This document shows, piece by piece, positions 1 to 11,710 of a DNA stretch of 64,000 nucleotides (its first letter is position 1; each line of letters starts with the position of its first letter). The notes beneath the pieces are model-generated. The model searched no databases. It was given only the letters and a program-made list of their open reading frames with translations, and was not told where the DNA came from. The position numbers and the translations under genes are program-made. This DNA comes from Leucoraja ocellata (lineage: Eukaryota), in assembly GCA_036785375.1 (NCBI GenBank), contig JAWMAR010000066.1, forward strand, positions 2,294,001 through 2,358,000, read 5' to 3'.

Positions 1-681
1 TCGGGATCAGAGTCAGCCCGACCGTGAACAGAAAAGCGGACAGGCCCGCGAGAGAAGTTGACTTGCGGCTAAAACTTGAACAGTATAATCTAAGAGACTG
101 TCCTAGTGCCGCGATCGCTAGCAAAGGCATGCAGGACTGATTATCTACAGCACCCGATTAGCAGCCGGTTTCACCTGCTAAAAGACTAAACTGTTAAATA
201 CCTTAAGACCTACAACATCCAAATGCCTTCAAAGTAATGGCTGAAGCAATAAATCGTGGAAATGTAAATTAATTGCTGAATCTGCCAAAATAAAAAAGGG
301 GAAAAAATGGAAAAGAAGTGTTTGGTCATTGAGTGAAATCCAGTTCATCATTTCGGGGTGGATGAATCAGATCCCTTTCAAGCAGGGAATCTGCACAAAA
401 ACATTAGAAGACTTGACAATATGTTTCAATGAGATCACCTCCCAGTCTTCTAAACTCTAGAAAACATTGGACCTGTCAGCTTAGTATCTCCTTTATGCCT
501 GGAAATAAATCAGTTAAACATTGAGGATATGTCCCACCTTTCTGGAGGGGCACCGGGTAAGGATGCGAGTCCTTGTTGGACATGAGAAGGCAGATGGGAT
601 AGAGCAGGGTTAGAACAGTGGCAGCATTTTTACACTCGGTTTCAATGATGATGAAAATACACTGACATTTTCCTCTTTCAG

Positions 682-837
682 GTAACTCGGTTTTGACAGC
701 ATGCGTTGAAGCATTTCATTTAATTGACATGAACGCTCATGTTGGCATTCACCCCTGCCTTGGAGCAGTGGACCTTGTCCCCATCTACCCTCTCTCGGAC
801 TCCGTTAGCCTCGAGGAGTGTGGCAGAGTGGCTTGCG
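682..837 (+). CDS. FTCDNL1: FTCDNL1 internal coding exon (formiminotransferase N-subdomain, catalytic-His region)
   Basis: Polypyrimidine acceptor ttttcctctttcAG ends at 681 and donor GTGAGT is at 838. The 156-nt phase 1/1 exon encodes (G)NSVLTACVEAFHLIDMNAHVGIHPCLGAVDLVPIYPLSDSVSLEECGRVAC; the GxHPxxGAxDxxP motif is typical of glutamate formiminotransferases. Confidence 0.93.
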
Positions 838-1074
838 GTGAGTTGACGTTGCGGTTAGTTTTCCTTCTTTTCGTTCGCCGTTGAATTGACAGCTCGGTTG
901 GTATCTTATCATCTGCCTTGATTCACCGATTACTCCCTCACTCCTCAATTCAGAGCACACAACAACCACAACAACGAAGTGCGAGAAATACTCGGCAGGT
1001 CAGTCAGCATCTGTAGACAGAGATAAACAGATAATGTTTCGGGTTGATGATCTTTTATCAAATCTAGGGTGATG

Positions 1075-2005
1075 TTTCAATAGACAATAGGTGCAGCAGT
1101 AGGCCATTCGGCCCCTTGAGACAGCACCGCCATTCAATGTGATCATGGCTGATCACCCCCCAATCAAGTTTATTTGTCACATACACATACGAGATGTACA
1201 GTGAAATGAAAAGTGGCAATGCTCGTGGACTTTGTGCAAAAAGACAAACAAATAAACAACCAAACAAACTACAAACAGAATGGAACAGAATCACATATTC
1301 TGTTACATATTAAATATTGTGGGCGGAAGGAAAAAGGGGGAAAAAAAACAACAATTAAAAAAAAAAAAAAGCAGTAGAGTGGTGCAGTACAGTTAGTCCC
1401 TGGTGAGATAGGAGTTTACAGTCCTAGGGCCTGTATTCAGAGGGCCTGAACATCGGGCCACCCGGGGCGGCGACTGCAGGTGCTCGGAAGGCCCCGACCA
1501 CGGATGAACACGGAGGGGAGGCTGGCTGGACTATGGTGCCTTCCTCACCTTGGTGCCATTTATGTTATGTTGTGTCGTGGACTTCTGTATTTGTGCTTTT
1601 TTTACATTTTAATTCAATTTCAATTTTATTTTTAATATGTTTTATTATTTATTTATTATTTATTTTTATTATTTCTTTGTGATTTTTTTATGATACTGCC
1701 TGTAAGGGAAATTCATTTCGTTGTCCCAAATTGGGACAATGACAATAAATTTGAATACAATACAATACAATACAATACAAAATTCCTTCTCAACCTCTCC
1801 GTTCTCACAGCATGGCAACGGAGGCGTTTGCCTGAACGTAGAAGCTGGAACAGTCCGTTGCAGTACCCCGTTCCTGCCTTCTCCCCTTATCCCCTGACTC
1901 TGCTATCTTTAAGAGCCCTATCTAGCTCTCACTGGAAAGTATCCAGAGAACCAGCCTCCACCACCCTCTGAGGCAGAGAATTCCACAGACTCATGACTCT
2001 CTGTG
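1075..2005 (-). mobile_element. CR1 LINE 3' fragment interrupted by a Rex/Babar 3' fragment, itself interrupted by a GC-rich element
   Basis: CR1 tail at 1075-1164 resumes at ~1861-2005 and matches the reverse complement of the CR1 3' end at ~22990-23220. The Rex piece (~1165-1433 and ~1780-1860) matches the reverse complement of 44290-44600. Confidence 0.8.
1434..1779 (+). mobile_element. GC-rich non-autonomous element with Rex-like tail (5' truncated)
   Basis: GC-rich body, ggactatggtgccttcc motif, attcatttc + hairpin ttgtcccaaattgggacaa + TGACAATAAA + (AATAC)n. Confidence 0.65.
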
Positions 2006-2587
2006 TTTCATTACAGAGCCGAGGAGTTAGAGGTACCATATTCTAGATGAGATATTAATCTAAAATCCAGATTGCAGATGGGATTGGCACAGTGTATTGG
2101 AGTGGTCGAGGGGATTTCTTGCTAGAAGCCTGTCTTTTATTTATCCCTCAACCAGCAGCTGTTAATTCATTGCTGTTTGTAGGAACTTGCTCTGCGCACA
2201 TTGGCTGCTATATTTCTTGCATTTTAACAGTAACCACACTTCTGAAATACTTCATTGTTTGTAAGCACTTTGGAAAGTGTAGAAGCCATGGTAAATGCTA
2301 TATGCATCATAAAATCATGCCATTTTACTGTATTAAAGAGAGCGAATTTGATCCATTTGACCTGGACCATTTGAAAACTAATTCAGTTCTCCCTGCTCAC
2401 CCGTTCACTACCCATATCCCCACATTTCCTGCTCTTGTACGTTTACCTCTTTCAGTTTGAACGCTTTATTGCATGTTTCCACCGCCCTTATCAGCCAATG
2501 CCAACACTAACCTTTGGCAGCCATGAGGAAATTTCCCCTCGTGGTGCTTCATATCAGTATCCTCTAGGTAGCAGTCACTCAGCCATT

Positions 2588-2723
2588 GAGTCAGAAGAAG
2601 GGTCTCGACCTGAAACGTCACCCATTCCTTCTCTCCAGAGATGCTGCCTGACCCCGCTGAGTTACGCCAGCATTTTGTGTCTATCTTAGGTTTAAACCAG
2701 CATCTCCAGATTCTTCCTACACA
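2588..2723 (+). mobile_element. Penelope-like 3'-end repeat (degenerate hammerhead)
   Basis: cagaagaagggtctcgacctgaaacgtcacccattcc...ttcctacaca, a copy of the window-wide repeat. Confidence 0.7.
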
Positions 2724-3159
2724 CTCGGCCATTGAAAACAGGTTCTCATAATCCATTCTTCCTGATCCTTTCAAGTCATTGGGAGACACAAGAGACTCAA
2801 GGCGCTGAAATCTGGAGGAAAAAACAAACTGCATGAAAAACTCATCAGGTCAAACGGCATGTGTGGAGGCAAAGGGGTGGTTGATGTTTGCATTGGGACC
2901 CTGTATGAAGACGGACGTATCGGGTTGAGATCCGACACCAACCCTGATGCAGAATCTCAACTGGAAACACCAATCATCCCTTTACCTCCAAAGATGCTGC
3001 TTGACTCCTTCAGTTTTTCCAGCAGTTTTTGTTTTTCAAGTATTACCCCTGTAAGCAGAACAACCCCAGTTTCTACAGTCTAAGCTCGTATCTGTAATCC
3101 CTAATCTCTGGAAACATTATTGCAATGCCTTGGTGTCCATCCTAAAATGTCGTGCCCTT

Positions 3160-3370
3160 TATTGAAGAGTACCTCTCGCTAATTGGAAGTTGTACAATTT
3201 GATAGCCACAGGGAAAAAGGATCTCCTGTGACGTTCTGTGCTGCATCTAGGTGGGACCAACATGTTGCTGAAGGTGCTCCTCAGGTTGACCAGTGTGTCA
3301 TGGAGGGGATGAGATGTATTAACCAAGATGCAGTTTGAGGAGCATCCTCCTTTCTGAGACCACCTCCAAA
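3160..3370 (-). mobile_element. Rex/Babar LINE RT 3' fragment
   Basis: Minus ORF contains HPLHDTL...RHRRSFFPVAIKLYN; similar to 12190-12350. Confidence 0.7.
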
Positions 3371-5135
3371 AATGGCAGATTTCCTGAGTGGTTTTAATGA
3401 CAACTGATAAACAATATGGTGACCAGCTTTGATTCTGCATTCATTTCATTGTGCTATGTAGTTATTATTAGCGTAATGTCAAACAATTTATAGAGGTTGT
3501 GCAGTAACTTGGTTGAATGGATAATCGACATCCTGTAAGTAGCAAGGTCATAGTGCCTGTTGCTTCCCCTCTGCTTGCCAGCTTGGCATTATATGCAACC
3601 TCCCGGACACAGTGCAGTTTAGTTTAGTTTATTGTCACGTGTATCTGGGTACAGTGAAAAGCTAACCAGTCAGCGGAAAGACAATACATGATTACAATCG
3701 GGCCATTTACAGTGTACACATACATGATAAGGGAAAAACATTTAGTGCCAAATAAAGACAGTGAAGTTCGATCAAAGATAGTCCGAGGGTCTCCAAATGA
3801 GTTCACCAAAGCAGGCAGTGGAGGTGTTATGGATTCGCACAGGGAGCGTTACAGTGCCTCATACTCGGAGGAAGTTTGTTACTCTGGTTGCTATTTTTGT
3901 AAATGGCACCCTACATAACTGTGATTGAGGCAAGTTATGCCGGATTCTAGACCTGCCTATGTCACTTGCCATGGTTGAGCATTTCATTATTCACACTATA
4001 ATCTGACAAGGGATGACAACTTTTGACATTCCTCCACTGTTATCTATCTCATCATAGCCAGCAAATCACATCTTTTCTCTTCCTGCTCCCATACTTCTCC
4101 CTCTGAGGTTCCTTCTCTTCCTCCTCCTCCTTCTGATGTATCCTTGGCCCCGTCCTCTTTCTCATCTACAGAATGCTTGCAATCATATCGTCTGTAACCT
4201 TGATGATGGAAGCTGAACCAGTTGGGCCTCTTGTCCATGTTGGAAGCGCCCCGAGTCATTTCGCTGCTTGAAAGTTGCCTTCTACATTTAAGTTGTGAGA
4301 TGGCATAACAACAGCCTTCTATAACAACTACATTTTCAATGAAATATACTGATGGAGATATTTTAATAGGAAGGAGAGGGAATTATTTGAATGCCGCTGA
4401 GAGTCACCTTTGAATCAGAGCACTGAATTGCCCCAAATTTTCAAAGATAATATGAAAGATACGATTCCTCTGAAAAAACTTGATTTAAGAATAAAAGTGT
4501 TTAAAAACTGGGGATTCTGTTTAATATGAGTTGCCTAGGTAAAGGGTTAGAATTAGTCCATAGTGCAACTCCAAAGGTGAAACAAGTAAGAATGAAGACG
4601 GGAGTAATTAAAACTGATTGCACAAGTTTGGCATTGTAAGCGACCAGAAGCTAACTTTATATTTATATTTCAACAACAGTTTCTTGGTTGAGGTATCTAA
4701 AACAGGCAGGTGCTTGGGCAACTGCAACCCAGTAAGGATTTAACGTTTGGGAGTGAAAGGGAGGAAACAAATGATCAAGTGAAATGTGTTCAGCATATAG
4801 ATGCAGCAGTGTAATACACCAGGCAAGGAGTGGCAAGTTCAGAAGGGACCCTCCTCCTGGAGCGGACTGCTGTGGTGGTGAAGTAGTTTGTGAACCTTGA
4901 CAAAGTTTGCAGTATCTTTTCCCAATGCTCACTTCAGAATGCGAAAATCCAATAACTTTCCTCCTAAAAGTTACGCAATATTGTTTTTCCCCCTTCTGAT
5001 TTTGTATTCTGTTGATCCAATTATTCACACTATAATCTGACAAGATTACCAGATGTGTTGGTCCAAGAGGCAGGTAACAGAGTCTGCTCTGGAAGGCTTG
5101 CTTTACTTGCTTTCCTTTTAACTGCCTACTCACAG

Positions 5136-5327
5136 ATGTTGCTGAAAAGTTAACCCTCGATGTGCCGGATTGCAGTCTCTTTTATTTTGGATATGCTGAT
5201 CAACCTCTCAAACGAACCCTGGTCCAACGCAGAAAAGAACTGAAATGGTTTAACTGGAGCAGTTTGAAGGGCACGGAAAGGAAGGCAGATGTGGGAGCTG
5301 CGATTTCCTCCAGATGTGGTTTAACAG
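5136..5327 (+). CDS. FTCDNL1: FTCDNL1 internal coding exon
   Basis: Acceptor ...ctactcacAG ends at 5135 and donor GTTGGT is at 5328. The 192-nt phase 1/1 exon is in frame with both neighbours and encodes DVAEKLTLDVPDCSLFYFGYADQPLKRTLVQRRKELKWF...ADVGAAISSRCGLT. Confidence 0.92.
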
Positions 5328-5814
5328 GTTGGTATCCTGCATTGGAATCTATGATTGTGTGATTGAAAGAAGTGAGTGTCCGAATTGCACAGAAAATTTA
5401 GGTTTCCACCACTGCCTTTATCTCCATAATCCATTCATACCATTAATGTGACATCTGTTCTTACTTAGTCCAAGGAAATTGCCCCATTTCCCTCCATTTT
5501 CCTTAATTGAACTGAATTACTTTGTTATTAATGCTTCTGTATCTTCGTCAGGTGGATTTGCAACTTTTAGATGTTGATTATGAAGTGTACATAATACATC
5601 AGAGCTCTATTTTCATCAAGTGAGATTTAGGGGGATTCCAGGAATATTATTTGATTCATATACTATTTTCGCTTGAAATATGCCAGATCATATTATCTAT
5701 TTTATCCTGCCACCCAGCCAAAGGCCCACTTACTCCTACAAAAGGAATTAAGACTAAATGTCTATGTACAGGACCTCATGTCCTCTTAATTCCAAAGCAG
5801 AAACTGTGTGAGAA

Positions 5815-5948
5815 TCTCTATATGTGTAGGAAGGAACTGCAGATACTAGTTTACACTTAAGAGAGACACAAAATAATGGAGTAACAGCGGGCCAGGCAGC
5901 ATCTCTGGAGAGAAGGCATGGGTGATGTTTCGGGCCGAGACCCTTCTT
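5815..5948 (-). mobile_element. Penelope-like 3'-end repeat
   Basis: Reverse-orientation copy (tgtgtaggaaggaactgcagat...gatgtttcgggccgagacccttctt). Confidence 0.7.
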
Positions 5949-5974
5949 GTTGGCACAAAAGTGATAATGATATA

Positions 5975-6842
5975 CAGGTACACAACCTTTTATCCGAAAG
6001 CCTTGGGACCAGACACTTCTCGGATTTCGGAATTTTTCGGATTTCGGAATGGAAGATTTTTAGCGTAGATTAGGTAGGTAGTGCGGGCGGCTTGAAAAGT
6101 CTGGAGTGGCTACCTCCTCCCCGGAGATCGGGGAATCATTGTAAATCATTGATTAAATGTTAGTCAGTTAGTTTGGAGGGATTTTATGTGGTGGGAGGGG
6201 GTGAAGGGGGAAACTTTAATTCTTAGTCCCCTACCTGGTCGGAGAGGCGGGGAGCAGGCAATGCCTTACCGGATCGCCGTGCAGTAAGCTCCGGAGCGCT
6301 GTGACCGCCAACTCCCAACATCGCGGAGCTGGGGCTGTGGGCGTCCGGCCGCTGGCGGCGCCGGTTGTAGCTCCGACCCCGGCGAACTCTACCCCTGGCT
6401 GCGCGGCGCTCCAAATCCAGCGCGGCCTGTGGCCGGACGCCCGCAGCCCCAGCTCCGCGATGTTGGGAGTCGGCGGCCACAGCGCTCCGGAGCTTACTGC
6501 ACGGCGACCCGGTAAGGCATTGCCCGCTCCCCGCCTCTCCGACCAGGTAGGGGACTAAGAATTAAAGTTTCCCCCTTCACCCCCCACCCCCCCCCTCACA
6601 TAAAAGCCCTCCAAACTAACTGACTAACATTTAAGCAATGATTTACAGATGTTTAAGTGTCTCCCCGGTCTCCGGGGAGGAGGCAGCCGCTACAGTAGTA
6701 CAGACCTGGGTTGACCGTGGGTCGTTTCGGGTCAAATTTGGTGGCAAACGCGAGCTTTGGTGTGCAGATGACATCCTGGAAAAAATGTCCGGTTTTCGGA
6801 ACTTTTCGGTTTCTGGAATTTCGGATAAAAGTTGTGCACCTG
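5975..6842. mobile_element. Tc1/mariner-superfamily (pogo/Tigger-like) MITE with long internal palindrome
   Basis: TA at 5973-74 and 6843-44. TIRs CAGGTACACAACCTTTTATCCGAAA / TTTCGGATAAAAGTTGTGCACCTG. Internal inverted arms at ~6106-6352 and ~6429-6690. Confidence 0.88.
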
Positions 6843-8386
6843 TATTTTGATGAATAATTGCATATCGCATTCAACTTTTAAGAGCATAATTTTTGCAACA
6901 AGTTGTTCTACAGAGTTTTCCCTTATTCCAAAGAATAGAAAGGTTCTTCACCTGCACCCTTTCTGGGGCTTTTATCAGTGGATTGTCAATTGAAAAGGTA
7001 TGTAGTGGGATTATAGTTTCGTATTAAGTTACCGGAACCATTTAATCAAGGAAGAGGTGATGCTCTGCAGACTTGGTTCAGTGAAGGACAGTTGAATCCC
7101 AAGCAATGCTCTCCTGAAATAAAGTTGAATAAAAAAGGAAATTTCGTGTTTTGGTTATTAGTTAGGCCACTCTCATTTGGTCATAGTCTGGAGTACTCAC
7201 TTTAAGGGAGGAAAAGGGAATTTAAGGAGTCCGTATACTGCATGCACCTTCTCTCAAAGTTTGTCTTTCTCCCTTTGTTCAGCTTCTGAATCTGACCATT
7301 TGCATCTGATGATCTTCACAGTCACCATTTGCTCCGTCATTTGGAACAGTTCAGCACAGGAACAGGCTCTATGGTCCACACTGTCATTTCAAAATGTCAC
7401 CTGCCATTTCCTCCTTCCTGGTTGCACCCTGTTTGCTGAGCAAATTCACCACCATGTCTTTGCCAATTTTAGATGCGACCATTATACTTTGCATTCCTGC
7501 CTGATCGCCACTTTGCAACACGGGTTAAGTCTGAGCTCATTCAGCACACGGTTTATATTCCATCCTGACTTACTGAATGAAATGCATGTGTTCAATGTTT
7601 TCAGATTTGAGGCTTTCACTCTCCCTATCTCTGCAATCTCCTCCGAAATTCCTGTTTCTGTCATCTTGAATATTCCCGGCTTCCATTGCTTTATTTATTG
7701 TGGCCTAATTTTTACTCCCCAAATTTCCTTCTCTTGCCACCACTCTACATTTCTCTCATTTAAAAAAAAAGCTTCTTAGGATTTTCCTCTTTGACGAAGA
7801 TTTGTGAAATGTCTATTGTTGAGTTATAATGATAAAGTCATTACCCTTTCCAAACAAAAATTGAAAATGCTAGAGGTGCTCAGCAGGACAGGCAACATTT
7901 ATAGAAAAATGAGCCGTTTTAATATTTCAGATTGATGAGCATTTGAAAAAGCCCTTTGCGAGTTTTTAATTTTATAACACAGATACTCATTGGGTGCATG
8001 CTGCCTTCCAGAGAATAATCCCATCAATCCCATTCCCCACTCTTTATATATCTATATCTCTGCAATTTATTGTCTCACACATGCCCATCAACTCTCCTCT
8101 GATTCTTTTTAAGCATATTTTACCGCGGCCAATTAATCTACAAGCGTGCCTTTGGTTTGAAACAATTGCCGCACTTAGAGAGAGGCCATTGAGTCATGGT
8201 GAGAATGTACATAGACGATGCCAGAGATCAGGATCGAGCCGGGAACACTAAGGCAGTAGCAATAACTGTGCACTACTGTGAATCGGGGAAAGATCATTTT
8301 TGAAACCAAACTTTGCATTAAAAGCAAACGCTGTTTTGAAAAGTAGCATCTATTGAAAATGTCAATGTATTTTTTTTGCATTTCAG

Positions 8387-8826
8387 GTGTTGGTGCCAGC
8401 CCCTATGTTATGAACTGCAACGTGACCATAGACACGCAGGACCTGAACGTCGGCCAACAGATTGCCTGCGCGGTCCGCGGAGCCAATGTTGGTGGCCTCG
8501 CGGGTATCCAGGCGATGGCCTTTCCTCATGAGGGTACTGTGGAGATTGCCTGTAACGTGGAGAGTTGTAAAGGTGAAACTTCATCACCTCTGACAGAAGA
8601 GAAGGAGAAACACATTTCTTATTGCATTCAGGGTGAAGAATACGTGTACTTCTCCCCAAGTTATATCGAGAAGCATATTAAAAAACTGGCTAATAACTTT
8701 GGAGTTGCTACAGTGGGCACTGCGTTAATTGGTTTTACACCTCAACGTTGCAAGAATTTGGCAGAAAAGGCCATAGGGGAAGGAACTGGAGAGTTTTGGA
8801 AGAAGCGCAAGGTCCTTACAATGTAA
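8387..8826 (+). CDS. FTCDNL1: FTCDNL1 terminal coding exon
   Basis: Acceptor tttttttgcatttcAG ends at 8386 (phase 1). Encodes GVGASPYVMNCNVTIDTQDL...IRG-like VRG...GIQAMAFPHEGTVEIACNVE...LIGFTP...KVLTM, with stop TAA at 8824-8826 (formiminotransferase C-subdomain-like). Confidence 0.93.
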
Positions 8827-9191
8827 GTGGGGCTTGTTGGCATAATTAATGCTGTTGTGTTGATCACATTGTGTTGATTGCACTATATGTGGGTTTGATT
8901 ATCAGTCTGCTAATTATGATCTTGGGGGCAATTGATAAGAAGATAAACGTTCAATGAGTGAGATGAAATACTTATGGAGGTCTGGCAGCCAGAATGGACA
9001 TCGGGAGAAGAAAAATGTTGCCCTGAGATGGTGGATGGGATTTCTAAATCAATGCCTGTGTTACTCTTGACACCTCTTGACATTGCCGGGAAGGTGTGCC
9101 TGATAGTTGACCCAGATTTGGCATTAGTAATGACGATGGGATTATCAAGAATTTCATGAAACAATCACATTGAGATTTCTGTGTCCATTTT

Positions 9192-9197
9192 AATAAA
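9192..9197 (+). terminator. Candidate proximal poly(A) signal of FTCDNL1
   Basis: AATAAA ~365 nt after the stop codon. No transcript evidence. Confidence 0.35.
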
Positions 9198-9238
9198 CAC
9201 AAAAATGTGAATAGTTCATTGTTAGCTGGGGGGGGGAG

Positions 9239-9585
9239 GTGACAACGAGGCATGCAATCAGAAAAATTAAACGGGAGGACTGTGAAAGTGGTCAGAGAAC
9301 AAGGGTGGGGAAGGGATGGAGAGAGAGGGAAAGCAAGTTAGAGAAATCGATACTCATACCGCTGGGTTGCAAGCTGCCTAAGCGAAATATGAGGTGCTGT
9401 TCCTCCAATTTGCTTTCCATAAATCTAGTTTCTCTCTCCCCTGACTTTCAGTCTGAAGAAGGGTCTCGACACAAACCATCACCCATTCCTTCTCTCCAGA
9501 GATGCTGCATGTCCCACTGGGTTACTGCAGCATTTAGTGTGCATCTTCAGTGTAAACCAGCATCTTACCAGTTCCTTCCTACACA
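9239..9585. mobile_element. Penelope-like fragment: inverted GIY-YIG end joined to a sense 3' terminal repeat
   Basis: 9330-9413 is the antisense of the LEEQHLIFRLGSLQP segment. 9425-9585 is a sense 3' repeat with a degenerate hammerhead. Confidence 0.7.
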
Positions 9586-10202
9586 CGGTCAGGAATGTCC
9601 AAGATGCCAGAAATAGAAGGCTGCAGGAATTTGTGAGGGAGGGGATTGCGGTGGAGTGATAGGAGGAGTGAAAGCCTCAAATCTGAAAACAATGAACAAT
9701 CGCAGGTGGTCAAAAAGGCGTTTGGCACATTGGCCTTCATCCGGTCAGAGTATTGAGTATAAACTCGACAGTCTTTACAGAGCCAGTCAATATAGACCCT
9801 TCTTCAGACTCGACCCGAAACATTACCTTTTCCTTCCCTCCAGAGATGCTGCCTGTTCCGCTGAGTTACTCCAGCATTTTGTCTCTATCATTGATCATCC
9901 GCAGTTCCTTCCTACACTGAAATGTGAAGATACTATCCGGGATTCTGTCTGTCCCAACAAGTTGGGTTGTTGCAGTTTTCTCCAACTGCACCGAGGGAAT
10001 CACCTAACATAAGCTATGTACAAATTAGTCTTCCTGTTAAATACCCTGCGACTGCTATCCTTCGAGGACTAACTCACATTTTAATAATATACTCTGCCTT
10101 GGATTACTATTGAGCAAGTTATTTTTCCTAAAAAAATTTGATATTATAATTATATTATTTCCTCACATAAATATGGATTTTTAAATGTCATGGATTCCTT
10201 TC

Positions 10203-10208
10203 AATAAA
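10203..10208 (+). terminator. Candidate distal poly(A) signal of FTCDNL1
   Basis: AATAAA in an AT-rich tract followed by T-rich sequence. No transcript evidence. Confidence 0.35.
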
Positions 10209-10954
10209 TCTTTAAAAAGTTTTTCAACTGCTTTCATCTTGAGTATGGTCTGACTTATTTTTACACTGTGTAAAACATTTAAAACAGTTTCTTAAAGAGC
10301 GCATCATTTTACTCCTGATTTCCTTTCTGTAAATGCGTTGTTGACTTTTCAACGAATCTGATGACATAACCGCTGGACTACTTGAATGTATGCCTGGCAG
10401 GACCCAACACGTGAACAGAGGAAGTTCTTGCCTCGTGTCTCTTGATTAATTTTGTAGGAAGCTTCCTTTGAGATCAGTGCCAAGCACCATAGCTTCACCA
10501 CTGACTCACCGATTCTGCACCGATTCTACTTCCTCTCTCTCTGAAGAACTGACGCGCTAACTTGCCGTACTACAGGTCATAAGATTCATAGAGAACTATA
10601 GCACACGTGCTATATACTGCGTGCACACCAAACAGCAAACACCCATAAGGACACAGGGTCGTGGCCCTTCTTCGGATCTGTACAAGTCTCAACCTGAAAT
10701 GTCACCTGTCCATGTTCTCCAGAGATGCTGCCTGATCTGCTGAGTTACTGCAGCACTTGGTGGCCTTTCGTGTATTATCCAGCATTTGCAGTTTTTTGTT
10801 TCTACATCAAGCACCCTTGTGTACACTAATCTTTTCTTAACCTATTGTATTCAGCCTCTATGCCCGGCCTTAAATTCTGCTACCAGGCACATCTGCTCAG
10901 GTTAGAGGTTAAACTAATGATCTTCCCCAGTTGTACTTTTGCACTGAGTCCAGT

Positions 10955-11272
10955 CATAGGGTCATACATTGGGGAAACAGGCCCTTTCACTCCAACATGC
11001 TACACTCCAACGTGCTACACTAGTTCCACCTGCCTGCGTTTGGTCCATATCCCTCCAAACCCGTCCTATCCATGTACCTGTCTAACTGCTTCTTAAATGT
11101 TGGGATAGTCCCTGCCTCAACTACCTCCTCTGGCAGCTTGTTCCATACACCCACCACCCTTTGTGTGAATAAGTTACCCCTCAGATTTCTATTAAATCTT
11201 TTCCCCTTCACCTTTAACCTATGTCCTCTGTTCCTCGATTCACCTACTCTGGGCTAGAGAGACTGTGCATCT
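10955..11272 (-). mobile_element. CR1 LINE 3' fragment
   Basis: Minus ORF ...RGNLFTQRVVGVWNKLPEEVVEAG..., the CR1 ORF2 C-terminus. Confidence 0.85.
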
Positions 11273-11507
11273 TGTCTGAGGCACTCCTCACTGGGATTGT
11301 GGTTGGGTCAAGGAATTGCTGAGGAGAATTAGGATTAAAAACATGCGCCCGACCAACCTGTGGTTAATTGGACATGTGTTTAATTTGAAACTGCTTTGTT
11401 TAATTGATGTTCTATTACAGAGTTAAACAAGCCCTGTTTTATCAACATTCCACAACTCCAATATTGAATAATTGCAACTGTCTGAACAAAAAATACCATC
11501 AATTCGA

Positions 11508-11710
11508 CCTGTCATATGAGGAAAGATTGAAAAGACTAGGCTTGTATTCACTGGAGTTTAGAAGGATGAGGGGAGAATCTTATGGAAACATATAAAATTA
11601 TAAAAGGACTGGACAAGCTAGATGCAGGAAAAACGTTCCCAATGTTGGGCGAGTCCAGAACCAGGGGCCACAGTCTTAGAATAAAGGGGAGGTCATTTAA
11701 GACTGAGACT
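11508..11710 (+). mobile_element. CR1 ORF2 internal fragment
   Basis: LSYEERLKRLGLYSLEFRRMRG; similar to 22770-22970. Confidence 0.8.

Noticed and set aside
1-240. CpG-containing segment at the window start
   Set aside because: Probably the end of an intronic repeat, but truncated by the window edge and unclassifiable.
6223-6558. Two near-identical 85-aa ORFs on opposite strands
   Set aside because: Artefact of the MITE's internal palindrome; no splice or homology support.
7177-7779. 200-aa ORF in an FTCDNL1 intron
   Set aside because: Pyrimidine-biased, no recognisable domain, not needed for the FTCDNL1 reading frame.
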